The translations under genes and the position numbers were made by a program. From the NCBI RefSeq assembly GCF_000150275.1, contig NW_002060949.1, positions 2,229,836-2,293,835 of the forward strand: a DNA stretch of 64,000 nucleotides, given 5' to 3'. This stretch comes from Trichoplax adhaerens (taxonomy: Eukaryota > Animalia > Placozoa). Below are positions 40,576-55,100 of this stretch, piece after piece. The notes beneath the pieces were generated by a model. That model was not told the DNA's origin. It was given only the letters and a program-made list of their open reading frames with translations, and made no database searches. Numbering within the stretch: the stretch's first letter is position 1; the number at the start of each line of letters is the position of its first letter.

Positions 40576-41019
40576 AAATCGAGTAGAATGCAGCTTTTAG
40601 TATGAGAAATTGCAATCTTCCTCTGAATTTAAGTCGTTTTGGGGTGATTTTACTCCATTTTAATTGGAGAGATTTGAACTCTTTGCCTTTCTAATTCTAA
40701 ATTGTAGTCTGTTTCATTAGGGTCTCTACCATCTTGAGTTCAAGCTCATAACTTTGGATGCAATGATTATTTGCATAATCTTTACTATCAACAACACTCT
40801 ACAGTCTACTACATCCATATCTTAGAACGGGAAGCTGCTAAATGATGTCTAGTAGTCCACCTCTCCTAACGAGATCATGTTAATATCAATGCTGGGCATC
40901 TCACTATTGACTACCAGCCATGTACCATAAGCAGAATTGCGTCTTTCTTGCATAGCTTTTGTCCTTTTTTATTTGGATAATCAAGTCAATTTAAACTTAC
41001 CGATAAAATACGTACACTT

Positions 41020-42190
41020 TTAGGGCATTTCTGACTCCATGGATAGTTGTAGGCTAGATTAGAAGGCCGTACAAGTGGCTAGTTGTAAGGATATAGTACG
41101 TACAAATGGCGATGCAGAGAGTCGTTGATGAAACAACGCGTATGAGGAAGAAGGTGTAGTTTAATGCGATGCAGAGGTACTATCAGGATGCTGATGGAGT
41201 CTAGGCCCCCAAAATAGATCATGTCGTATGAATAGGTTAGATTGTGAGGCTATACAAGTGCCCCTTGGTAAAGGGTAGATAGAAGTAGAGCATTTCTGAC
41301 TCCAATGATAGTTGTACTGTACAGCAGGCTAGATTAGAAGGCCGTACAAGTAGCTAGTTGTAGATACAGTAAGTAGAAATGGAGATGCAGAGAATCGTTA
41401 ATAAAACTACGCGTATAAGGAATAAGGTGTAGTTTAATGTGATGCTGTGGTAATGTCAGGATACTGATGGAGTCTTGGTAAAGAGTAGATATACGTAGGG
41501 CATTTCTGACTCCAATGATAGTTGCAGGCTAGATTAGAAGGCCATACAAGTGGCTAGTTGTAGATATAGTACGTAGAAATGAAGATGCAGAGTCGCTGAT
41601 AAAACAACTCGTATAAGGAATAAGCAATAGTTTAATGTGATGCAGAGGTGCTGTCAGGATGCTGATGCAGTCTTGGTAAAGAGCGGATATACGTAGAGCA
41701 TTTCTGACTCCAATGATAGTTGTAGGCTAGATTAGAAGGCCGTACAAGTGGCTTGTTGTAAAATACAGTACGTAGAAAATGGAGATGCAGAGAGTCGTTG
41801 ATGAAACAACGCGTATGAGGAAGAAGGTATAGTTTTATGTGATGCAGAGGTACTGTCAGGATGCTGATGGAGTCTAGGCCCAAGAAATAGATCATGTCGT
41901 ATGAATAGGTTAGATTATGAGGCTGTACAAGTGCTTCTTGGTAAAGAGTAGGTATACGTAGGGCATTTCTGACTCCAATGATAGTTGTATGCTAGATTAG
42001 AAGGCCGTACAAGTGGCTAGTTGTAGATACAGCACGTAGAAATGGAGATACAGAGAGTCGTTAATAAAACAACGCGAATGAGGAATAAGGTGTAGTTTAA
42101 TGTGATGCAGAGGTTCTGTCAGGATGCTGATGGAATCTAAGCCCCAAAAATAGATTATGTCGTATGAATAGGTTAGATTATGAAGCTGTA
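41020..42190. repeat. Tandem array of 5 units in two length classes (about 265 bp and about 200-210 bp)
   Basis: Anchor CATTTCTGACTCC at 41026, 41291, 41501, 41699 and 41964 (spacings 265, 210, 198, 265). The units are highly similar along their length. Confidence 0.95.
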
Positions 42191-43173
42191 TATAGAAATT
42201 ATTGCTATGTGCCTTTGCAATTCTTGCATGGATAACTAGATGCTGGTATAAAGTGCAGTATTTGTACGTTAGTTTAAGTCATACTTTCCCCCTTTTTCTA
42301 TATCTAAAGAGAAAATAAACGTGCTGGGGTTAGGGGAATCAGGTTATCCACGTCGAGATCTTTGGATATGATTCATTATTTGTATACTGAAGATAATAAC
42401 AGGTATAGTCCTTCTCCATCTATATTCATTGAGATTAATCTGTAATGAAGGGCGATTACAATAAAAGCAAAATAACTTGTAGTCATTCATTCTTATTTTT
42501 CTTCATATCAATATGCCAAATGTAATCCTCATCTACTCTCGTGTAGGCTAACTTGGTAGTTGAAGTTATAATATTTGGTTTTAAAAACTGCCTGGTTCTC
42601 CTCTTTCAGTAAGAGAGTAGAAGACATTTTTAGGTCATTTTTGGCGCACATAATACAATAGAATTTGCAAGGACAGATACACTCTTTGCAAAATATTGAT
42701 AACCATAGCCAAGTTAAAATTGTCTACTATTTTTCGACGATATTGTTGATTACTTGCAGATGTATCATTGACTTTGAGAGAGAATTCTATCTCGTATAGT
42801 ATCAATCATTGTTGCATACTGTCACAGACTATGGCATAATCAACTACCTCAAAATGATGGGACAAAAAAGGTCAATTGCATTTTTAAATTTTACTTTATT
42901 ACCATACAGTACAGCAGATATTTTTACCAACCTACGAGCCGATTATTCTATGCTATTTTATCATCCAGTTTATAGTATTCTATGATAGTTGGTGGAATTT
43001 TGCCGGATCCAAAAATAATGCCAATCGATCATAGATTGCGCGATTTTTTTTACTTGCCTTCTTCCAACAAACATAACGACCATTAATATAATATCAAATC
43101 CCGGTTTACCATCGGACGATAACAGTTAATGATTAAATTTTAGTTATAAATAAACAATATTATTATATTATTA

Positions 43174-43576
43174 ATGTTTATTAGGAACGGCAGTCAACGG
43201 TATAGATTGTCAATAAAATGAAACGGTATTAATCATTCTCTCACACTGATCAATAGTGAAGCTATTAAATGCGACTCCTAGAGAGCATATCCTATCGTAG
43301 AAAAAAATATTATCGATGTTTATTAGGAATAGCAGTTAAGAATATAGGTAGTTGACAAAACGGAACAATATTAATCATTGTTTCATGTTGATCAATAGTA
43401 AAGCTATTGAATACGACTCCTAAAGAGCATACCCTCTCGTAGAAAATATTAGTGATGTTTATTAGGAACAGAAGTTAAAAATATCGATAGTCAATAAAAT
43501 GGAACGGTATTAATCATTCTTTCATGTCCATCAAGAGTAAAGCTATTGAATACGACTCCTATAGAGTATATCCTAC
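43174..43576. repeat. Tandem repeat, 3 x about 140 bp
   Basis: Anchor ATGTTTATTAGGAA at 43174, 43316 and 43455. The units share TATTAATCATT and AAGCTATT.AAT.CGACTCCTA.AGAG.ATA. Confidence 0.92.
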
Positions 43577-46500
43577 CATTGAAAATCTACAAAATAGCTA
43601 GACTTGAGTATCTTGAAATACTAACTACCCTCTTCTAGAGTCAATAATGGTATTAATGAGATTTCCTGCAAGCATTTTGTCCTAACATTGAATGTCAACA
43701 CTATCCTAAAGTTATAATTTTGATGCCCATGACATCGTAACTTATCGTTATGATCGATTATTTTGCATGGCAGCCAAACATCGTCTTATTATTGTCTATC
43801 TTATATTATCCTATTGTCCAATTTGTTATGCATTAACTCAATTATTATAAAATAAAATTCTTGTGTTTCCTTAAGAGGAAGAAGAATGAGAATACAGATT
43901 AAATTGATTACATCATTAAAAGTTATTATCGATATAATAATAACTTCATTTCTATTCAATCTTGTTTATTTTGCTATGGAATGAAAGTTTTGAGCTCAAT
44001 AAGTGCCGCTTTAGCTCAGACATTCCATCGCTATATTGAAATAGATGTACAGGATGTTAATTTGGATGATTGAAAACAACCTAAACGCGTATTGTATTAT
44101 ATCATAATTACATCCATGAACTATTGCCGATTGTTTCATCCATGTTTTCCCATTACTCTCTATATGTACAAATTTGTGTATTGGAATAATAACAGTGGTC
44201 CTACCTAGTCCAGACATTACAGATCAAACCATAGATTTATTAATTTTCTATAATAATTCTATTATCTAGTATTATAGCCTGGTTTACTAATGCAATTTAT
44301 CTCTCCTTCTTCCGCTCCTTATCTTCCATTCCCATCGATCTTGTATCACTTTAGTTCGGAAAATCTATCATAAAGTATGAAAACATCAATTATGAATTGG
44401 ATCTATGAAAACGGCATGAAAGGGTCATTAATTAACACAACGTAGTCTCTTCAATGTGTCGGACAATTTTTCCTTGTATTGACGGGTTCATATCGTTGAC
44501 GATTACATCATCGTGTCGATAATATTAATTAAAGCCATCTGAAGCAAATTTGCATATAAATTTGTCTGGATCTAGCCTAAATATGACTGACCCAATTAGT
44601 ATTATTTATTACCTTTGTAGCCCTCACTTCTATTGACAGTCGATCTTGCATTTCCTATTTTTAGCCAATTTTAATCGCATAATGGCAACATTGTCAAATG
44701 CTTCTTTCCTTTAAACTGCCCATTCCTTACTGTCCTAATCAAATAGATTATTGAATGCTTTAAAATTATAAATAAAAGACTGGAATAGCTTACATGATTA
44801 ACCTTTTAAGTGCTTTACTATGGCCATTAGATGTGACCAGAGTCAAATTTTGGCTTAGTAAAATTGGTCATCAGCATGTTAAACAAATGTAATATTAGGG
44901 ATAGGGATTGATTGCCGATTATCCCGATGTTTAAAACAAGATCTGAATAAAGTGAACTACCTTTTGACACCAAAATTAAATAATTTACGCACTAATTTAC
45001 AGCTATACAACGACATTTAATGTATCCAATGCTAATCTTATACCAATTAAGACTAAAATATTGCATGACCTTAACTCGGTAGTGTTGCATGTTTGCCGAC
45101 ACAGCAAGATCGCATGTGCCGATCTAATCCTATTCTAATCAAAACCTAATAATGTATCGAATCATCGGCCTTAAGAATAGCAACTGTTACAATAAGAGTG
45201 TAAAAACTACGTCTATCTAACTTTAAAACTCGTTATCTATACTGTACATAAATTAATAACTATAGCACTAGACTAGATTCTTATCAATTATTCAGGTCCT
45301 ATTGTAGATATTTAGAGAAAGCAGATGTTGGTAATCTGGCACAAGATGAATTCAAAAGCTGATTAAAATTATTGTATGAATTCCATTTGTATCAACAACT
45401 TGCTGCCTTTTAATAAACTTAGTGGAAGGTAATTAGATAGTATTTGAATAACTTGTCTACGCTATAACATTAAAATTAGTCCTAGGATTACATATTTGTT
45501 TAATTAAGCATGCCAAAAAGTTCTATAGGACAGTAATAATGACAACGTTATAGCTATAGAATATATATTGTTTAATGTTAGTGGAATCAAATTGATACAT
45601 TTCTAGTGATCGATATCACGAATTGCGACCAAATCAACTGCAAACCTAAATGGCTGAATAGTTCAGTTCCTATTAGTCATTGTAAATTTAAGTCGACTAA
45701 CTTATATTAATGAGAAACTTCTTATATAAGTGTATATATATACAACACATACGCATGCATTAAAATTGATTACATGACTCTCAATTTGGAACCTATTGGG
45801 AAGGCTATTTCAGAATAGTCTCTATTAGCAAAATCATTATGAAGGCGGGTATTCTATAAACGATCCGGTAAAGATTCGAAAATTATTTTTTCTGTAGTCT
45901 ATAAATAGCCTTATTGCAGATGGTTTTTAATGAAGAATTTTATTGGGAAGATCTTTTAGGTTGTTATGTTAACACGTGCATATTTATACTTTATCAATGT
46001 TATAAATATTGACCTCAATTAGAACATCTCGGCTATGTACCATTGACTTTACAGCTGTCGGATATCGGTGTACGAGTATTAGAACTAGAAGTATATAGCC
46101 GTCAATAAATTACACTTTATGTTATCATTGTAATTTAATGCGCACTTTTATACTCTTCAGTATTCAAATTTAAAATATCATTATTGTAAATACTTTTTTT
46201 CAAAATATCAGATAAATTTAATTGTACAATAGATGTAGGATTTTAAAATTTAATTTCAAAGATTTTTTTATCTAGGTCTCACTATATTAAATTTCTAGTT
46301 AATAAATTGAAACTTCCGACTCTTAATCATACTTTGATGAAAAATTTATTAAATATCGGTATATTCTAGACTGAGGGTATAGTTTGGACTGTTACACCGG
46401 TATGAAGTGTATTTCAAAATTCTTTTAGACATATCGGTGGTAATAAGCTGCAGTACTGTATAGATCCAGTAGATATATCAAATGAAAGTCATTATTTCAT

Positions 46501-49116
46501 GACAGCTGCAACATCCGAATATAATGATTAATAGATGGATAAATTATTAACCAACTTTTATAGGTTGATAAATAATATACTCATCATTATTCGTGGCAAT
46601 AACCGTAGCAAAGTTTATCCTATCGTTGATTGATATTCTTACCTAATATTTTACATGGCTATTTACTTCTCAGTTAATTTGTAGCAAATTTAATGCTAAT
46701 TTAGATGCAGTATCAGTGTGAGATGGCATGATATGAGTTAATATACTTCGTATTCTCCTGATCATCATTCGTTATTGCATGATCAATGTATACTTATCAT
46801 CCTATTGGATTGATTGACTTTGAGAGAAAAGTAGGACAACTAGCATTAAATGAACATACCAGTAAGAAATTCAAGCATATGGTGCCGATATATTTTGATT
46901 AATTGATTGCTTGATCATATAATCAATAGTCATCTAATCTAGATGTTAAGAACATAATTAATTTTAATAAATTTTATTTAGAATGTAACTACTATCTATT
47001 TCTTTAGCCTATTTGTTTCATATTTTCTTTCGTCATCTCGACGTCATCGTTTAAAATGATAACACAAATAGCAAATATTCAACGGATAACGCTCATTAGT
47101 TATTCACAGTTTGAGAGATATGATTGACTCCTTTATTATAGGTAAATTAGAATATCATAGATGCTGCAAAAAATAAAAGAATACATTGACTGCACAACTG
47201 TTGGAAATAAAAATTCTCATGTTTTAATCTTTTAGTTAGCATATTAAAGCTAAACTGTTTTAACAATTTGTTTTAAGTACTCGTAATTATCTAGCTTAAA
47301 TTAAAGCTTTTCTAAGATTTAGTTTACATGATGATTTTCATATTAGTGAAGGGCAGTATAACCAATTATTCTACTTGCATAATACTACAAGGCAGACGGC
47401 ACGAGGCTATCAATATTTAGCTTTCCTAAAAAGCATAATATCCTATCAAATTGGTTTTACATGAAACTTCAGCTCAATGGAGACAGCAAAGTCAACTATT
47501 GTACTTGCATATTATATTTAGATAGATCGGATGAAACTGTCAATATTCTAATTCAATCACTAATCTCTAAATACTAGAAGCTGCTGTAAATAAACTTACG
47601 CAGCTATTTCACCATGTATGAATGTACTATGGTAGGATCATGTAAGACAGTGTAATATTGTATTCTAAGTTGATGATATATTTAGTAATGTCTACCATAG
47701 GTATTGTGTTCAACATGTGATAGATATTCTCGTTAGAGGCTTAAGTATTAAATATAGCTAGCTTAGTAACTGTAATCCTTTTGAAGAGGAGCGCTACAGA
47801 GCTCACACTAGAGCTTCACATGAAAGGTGTAAACTATCCTGTATTTGAGATGCTAATACTGAAGTGTGTAGTAAGTAAGGTGCTAAGACTGTAAAAGCGG
47901 AAAAGTACAGTATATAAGAGAGTAGTTTAGTATAGTAAGACAGTTCTTTCTCGTTAGAGGTCCTCAGCTAATCGATTAAGTTGTATCTTCGTAAGCGAGG
48001 TTTTGTTCTATAAATCTTAATTTTCTAAAGTTTTGAAGATTCTTGATCTATCAACCTCACAGAGCATTAATAAATTTCTGAATAAAGATCACTAACAATA
48101 CTGCTCGAATTACCGAATAACGGAGCTGTATCTAGTCATTCTATGAGTAATCGCGTACGTCATGCATAAACATAGAAACAAATTGAACGCTTTAAGGAGA
48201 GCGAGCACTTCTAACGCCAAATTTATCACGAGATATATAAAATCTTATTTAGCATTTCATAATCGACTGTCGGTAACATTAACCTTATTATCACGGAGAT
48301 TAATTTAATCCAAACATTTACAACTCGGAAAATTAGATGTGTATATAGCGTAAACTTACGACTATTCAATCGAAATGAACATGTCCTCTACCAAGGTAAA
48401 TGGATATATGAAATATATTTTTAGTAAATAGCCACACCTCAACATATGCGTTTATGTTTCACTGATAGAATTTAGCACTTTATTACAAATTGACATCTCA
48501 AATAGGTTACGTTTAGGATTTTAGTTAAATAATTTTGCAACATCTGATAGAACAATTAGGTGACATCATTCATACGCACTCGATCGAAAGTGTGTATGCG
48601 TCCATAAAAGAATGTTTTGTAATTAACTATCAGCTATAAAAGATCATATCGCCAATTCCATTAGTTATAATTATCAATGATTACCATTACGTCGGTCTAT
48701 AAATTTAGTACTTATCAGGGTAGTCAATTAGTCAATTCTTTACAGATCCTGAGATTAATGCTCAAATATTTTGACGTGAAGACAATATCAGTCATCTATC
48801 CAGTAGCTTTATTTATGCTTTCTCAGTTAATATACTAAATCTAACAACTTTGATGAGGTATCCCTTTTCTTAGATACTCTAAACACCTACAACCTTGACT
48901 AAAAACAATTCTTAAGTATGAAGGGATGTACTTTTAAAATCAGTATTATTTTAAGTTTCTTCACATAAATATCAGCATCATTTAAAAAGTGAGGCAGTAA
49001 ATACAGAGATTAGATATTTACAAGAATTATACTAAGTACAAAATACTAAGAAAATCATAGCAGATACGACAGCATATTCATATACATTAGGTAAATAGTC
49101 CCTTCAAAGTTTAAAC

Positions 49117-52100
49117 TTAGCCGTAAGAAAGAGGTTGAACTAAATCAAAACAGCCAGTTCCCCCATTAACCACTCGTCCAGTTACCAATCGTGAAGAAGG
49201 AGATTTTAATACATCAATCTCTCCATGAGCTGTTGCTTCTCGCAAGAAGTGAACGGTCGTTTCAAAACTCATTTTTTGAAACGGAGAAGAGCAAGATGCC
49301 ATTCCAAGTCGATTTAGTGGCCTATAACTACCTTCATAGGTCATATAATCAGCAATGAGGGAGAGATGACGATAATTTACGTCAATGCCGTACACTCGAA
49401 ATACATTTTCAATTTCCTAAACATAAACGTTAATATAAGCATATGTAAGTACAAATAAACAGCATTAATAGTTAGATAAATGGTAGACCCTGATTTAATT
49501 TATCATACTTTTCAAACTAAATCAACACAATAATTCAAGCAGTGCTAATAACTAAGTTAGAATTGTGAGCAATGACTAAGCTCAGAAAGCCAGATGACTA
49601 TAAAGACAGCACTAAGTACCTTAATGATCGCTCTATACGCAGCTTCGATGCCATATGTAGACGCCATCGCATGAATTTCATTGGTGTAAAGTTTATTAAC
49701 ATCTATGATATTAGCAAATTGCCAAGTATCCTAATAGTTTTGTTCACAAATAATGCCTTACGTTATAAGAATATTATGACAAACGAAATAAAGATAGTTA
49801 TGCTTAAACGGAAAGCGCCGAAAAACTCAGGAGGTAGATAAATATATTTCTACACCATATGATATTTAACAGCACATTCTGAAAGGAATATTGTGTAGTG
49901 GCGTCATTGTTATTTTAGTATCCGAAACATGAAAATTCTTCAATATTTCAAAACATTACCTGTAAATTGACTCCATCGGTAGTCAGTGTCACGGTTTCAT
50001 TTTTATCTTTATTAATATAGCACTTCTTAACTGATTGAACTTCCCGAATAGTTGCCTACATCAATATCCACGCAAACAATTATTTACGGTTGGTATACTT
50101 ATCACATAGATAAAAAATCTATTCAGGTCAAACCTGCTTAGCCAATTGCTCAATAATAGGTTCTAAAATTATCTTGCCTTCACTCAAGGATGTCTAATTA
50201 CAAAGTTAAAAATATTACCTTGAAATGGGGATATCACATGCTTTGCAGACTCTATTTAACAACGTAAAAGGCTTTATTGTCACGTTTTCGACAAGTATTT
50301 AGCCTTACCGTAAACGTAAACTCATACCATCGTTTATTTTGTACATCATGAGAATTTGCTACAATTCTCTGATGGATAGCAGATACAGTCTTCAAATTGA
50401 AAAAATGAAAAAATTTATTGCTACGCTTACAAAAACCAAAGTCTATTCGTCAAAAAATTTACTTACATTCTCTTTATCTTCGTCGGTTATATCCGGCTCT
50501 AGTACATGCGGTTCTTCATCTAAAATTATTAATATTAGATAAAATTGCTATACTCCGCGTAATTTCACAATCAAAAATGTGCATACTGAATTCATTAGAG
50601 TTTTGGCTTTGATTTGAGTATAATTCTGAGCCGTCATCATTATCGTCAGATTGGGAACTCGAATCTTCGGTTTCATCTACAATGATTACGCAACGAAAGC
50701 ATCAGTAAACACCGACATTAAATAACTGATAAATCAGAAAGTATATTTGATTAACTAAAGTTGTACTGTACCTTCGAACACTAAATTTAATAAGTAAATA
50801 AAACATTTACTAAAGTTTAAACTCACCATCAGTATTATCATCATAAGATAACTTCTGTAAAAAAATAAGATTAAAACAATCCAATCAACTCAAAATACGG
50901 CTGTAACTTACTTGACGATTATACTATGCTTGGTATGACAAATATACCTTTACTTTATTACTCTTATGGTTCAACTGATTAGGGTTATTTGTTAATTGAT
51001 CGTCATATGTTGTCTCCTCATCTTGAGTTGATTCTTTACTTTTTTCTTTAGCTAGTAGGTAATATACCATTTATACATTAGCCCTTTACATAAACTATTT
51101 TTAAAATCATAGTCTTAAACAGAGTTATTACCGTCATCATGAACATCACGGAATTTTCGGAATCGTCCCAATTTATTTAGATTAATAACCCTGAATAATA
51201 AATTAGAGTAAAGAATATTACAATCAGAAATAGATAGCCAGTAGTGCAGTGCAGGGTTAGCAATTCCCCGTAACCTACTTGTTACTTTTGCTTGCTTTAA
51301 TGACTTTCTCAACCGATTTTATGAAATGCAGAATAAAGACATCTTCGATAAATTTTATAACTCGCGCAGGCTTGATAGCAAATTCATCCTGTATTTCAAA
51401 TATGAATCGGTAAAAAAGTGCAAAATTCATAGATTATATATATATATATATATATATGATTATAACTGTAGTTATCAAATACCTTATAGTCCTTATAGGG
51501 CAACAGATTCATTCGCACGGAATAGTACCGTTGAAATTCACTAAAATAATAAATTAGATAATCAACCCTTAAGAGACAGAATTATCCACTAAAACAGCAA
51601 ATATACTGGCTTACGTTACTGAAGCATCTTTAGTTTTTTCATCGTCAGATGTTTTTCGTTTTCGAATTGAAGCGGATACATCAACATTTTCCAGTACCTG
51701 CGGGATTATAAGCGAATTTGCAATTATTATTGTTAAAGAATTTCACTCCATTTTATCCGAAAACTGAATTGAGAAACTTTCTAACTCGAGTTATTACTTT
51801 GTAAAAGCAAATTCTATCTTTACCATGTAAGCACATAAACGTAAACATGGTATAAAAGCAGCATAAATAGAAAATTAGAATTTACTTGTGATAAGGTTAC
51901 TCGTGTGAAATGTTTCTTCAGATATTTAGCATTCTTGTCAGTATCCTTATTCTTCTTGAGTATAACAATCATGGAAGGTGTTTTAATATTTGGACTACCA
52001 ACCATTAAAATTTCTCTTAATCTTGGAATTCCTAATGTAACATTCATTTCCCCTCGACCAGCAAAATGGAATGTATTTAATGTCATCTGAGTGGATGGCT

Positions 52101-55100
52101 CGCCTATCGATTGAGCAGCAAGCAAACCTACAGGACATCCGGGCTCCACTAAAGCACGCATAAATTTTAGATGCATCATTTTACGAAAGTTATCGCAAGG
52201 TACATAATCATTGTTTCTCGATGTTGGGATACCATTCTCATATTGCGCTAAGAACAACTCAAGCTCCTTCCATTGCTTCTCTGATACACTACCAAAATAT
52301 CTATCCGGTTTTAATCTGCAATTAACAGGGTCTGGACATGTTGAACCTGACTTACAAAATTTTTCTTTAATCGAAGAATCAAGTTTCTTCCATCCATTAA
52401 TAATAGCAGTCGTAGCAGTTGATAACCCAGTAGTTTTGTCTAATACATTCGATTTATAATCTTTTCTTATTTTTTGTCCTAAGTTAGAAAATTCGAACTC
52501 TTGTACTGCAGACGTGGAATATAACTGACGTAAAGGCGGTAAGTCATCTATCTTTAAGTTGCGTTTTTGGAACCATTTCGCTAATTTTTTGTAACTTCGA
52601 ACAGCCTTCTTTCTATTGATAAAATCTGATTCCATAACTGCTTTAAAATCTAGCTTATCAAGCATACTGATATAATTATTTGCCATAAATGGGTAATGTA
52701 CTGTGGATAAAAACTGTGTATTGGTGACATCGACAGAATCTTCTCCATATTGAAACTGAATTACAGAACCATCGGTATCGCGGACAGTTAGATCATATTG
52801 AACAACTAGTCCCTCTAAGTGCTTAACTAAACAACGCTGTAAATAGCCACTTCGACTGGTTTTCACAGCAGTATCAACTAATCCTTCTCTTCCAGCCATA
52901 CAATGAAAAAAATATTCTTGTGGTCGTAAACCAGACAAGAAGCGATTATCAACAAATCCACCAGCTCTTGGGCTTGTGTCGTAGGGAGTAAAACTTGGCA
53001 ACGAACGTCCACTAATCATTAATGGTGGCCGTTTCCCTTCGAGCTCAATTTGACCAAGCAAGCAAGAAATTTGCATACAATTAACCGTTGAACCCTTAGC
53101 ACCGGATTGGACCATTAATTGCAAGTTGTTTTCCGGAAATAGTTTAAGTAGTCCAGCGCCAGTACATGCTTTATTAATTTCATTGGTAAAATGATCAGTG
53201 TTACGTTTCATATGGCTTTCTAATTCTGCCAATAAATCTTTATTTTTAAGATGAGCTTGACAAAACTTTTCTTGGACAAGCGATTTACTGTTAACATTAA
53301 ACGCTTCCTTAGCAATTTTATTACCGGATGATGCACAGTCTTTGATAAATTGTTGACGCAAATTATCTGCATCTTGTCGAACTAAAATATCTTCAATACC
53401 TAAGGTAAAACCATTCATTTGTAAAAATTTAGTAAGTAGCTTTGATACGCTTGATAGGAAAGTAGTCGAAGTATCGCCGCCATATAATTCATAACAACAA
53501 TGAACTAAACCGTAAGATGTGGCGCCAAAATGAGCTTTGTCTAAGATTCCACATAACAATTCTCCTTGTCGAATAACAACTTGAGATTCGGATAAAATTT
53601 CATCATATAACGGTTTATAATAGCGCGATTTCTTTTTCATACGTGTATTCACCCAACTTTTATCGGCAATTTTTGATTTGCCCAACATATTTAAAGGTGT
53701 ACTATTCTTGGGTAAGATATTGAGAAGGAGAGTTGATAAAACTTGCTTACCAGACCATAACTGACGTGGCTTTATAATACAAGGTGGTAATAAATGTATC
53801 GGACCATCTTTATCAGTTAATGCGAAATAAATAAGCTGAAAATATTGCTCTTTTGTAAACATTCGACCACGAATCATTAACTTCACAGAGGATACCATAT
53901 GATCTTGTATCAAACCACTTATTGGCTTACCATCTTTAGGTAGGAGATACTGATATTTAGTACTTGCAATAGTATAAGCTTCAGCACGTGATAATTCGGA
54001 TTGTGGAACATGCATATTCATTTCGTCACCATCAAAATCAGCATTATAGCATTTACAATTAGCGTAATGTAATCGTAGAGTTTTCTCACCTGGCAAAACT
54101 CTAACCTTATGTGCCATTATACTAGGACGATGTAACGTAGGCTGGCGATTCATTAATACCACATCACCATCAACAAGATGACGATGAACTTTTTTACATT
54201 GACCAACATGGGACGTATTTGGAGTTAATAATTGCTTTGCTAAGGCTTGGCGTTGATTGAAACTGTGTTGACTAATTTTCTTAATATTACCATCTTCAAA
54301 TTCAATAAGAGTTGCACCGGGATGCTTATTAGGCCCATTGATGACGGCATTTCTCAACTGTCTAACATTAAATGGTGTAACAGGTTGACAATAGGTCAAT
54401 TTTGTAGCAAATACCTCAGGAACTCCAACTTCATCGCAATTAATTGAAAGATCAGGCGAAATTACTGATCGAGCAGCAAAATTCACTCTTTTACCCATCA
54501 TATGCTTCCTTAATAAACCTTCTTTCTTTTCAAGTATTTGCTTAATACCAGGTGCCTTATCAGATGATAATTTATCTAAATCGCTGTCCACAAAACAGTT
54601 AACGTGCGTTTGTAATCGAAGCCAAGCATTGTGTAATCGAGCTGTAGGTGTACTGCCTGCTATCTTGATTGATCTACCACCAAAGTAATAAGATTTCACC
54701 TTAACGTCGTGATCGTTGACATTTTTATTCTCTTCTTGTTTTAGATTATCAATTAAATCTTCTACAACGACATTATCTTCTAAAATTTTATTTAAGTTGG
54801 TAGTTTGAGGGCTTTCAAAACGACTATCACCTAATGTTGAAACCTGTCAAGTTCAAGATGATAATAGAGAATCAAACAAGGGTAAAAATGAGTTCTATTT
54901 TATTACAACGCTATAATTTCCGTATCTAGTAATATACCATTATTAACTTGTTACTCCTAAATGTGGACTGCAGTATAATTTAATTCAAGGCCACAAGAAT
55001 GTAACTATGTAATTATTGACTATTTTATATACAAGTAGCATGATACATAAATTATTTAAAAGATCCTATTATAATAACTGATTCTACTTACAGGCCTAAA

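Noticed and set aside
41126-41194. C/D-box snoRNA-like pattern (TGATGA about 65 nt before CTGA) in the repeat unit
   Set aside because: Box C is intact in only units 1 and 4, there is no terminal stem, and the apparent 18S complementarity has an internal mismatch. An Rfam or snoscan run would be needed to revive it.
41632-41895. 87-aa ORF within the tandem array
   Set aside because: The frame is not preserved between repeat units and no domain is recognisable.
41020-42190. CRISPR-like reading of the array
   Set aside because: The context is eukaryotic, the units are homologous along their whole length with no unique spacers, and there are no cas genes.
51820-54699. 959-aa ORF as a stand-alone, possibly viral or prokaryotic, polymerase gene
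   Set aside because: It is exon 2 of the spliced POLR1A, with canonical splice sites at 54844 and 51885 and Pol I-specific motifs.
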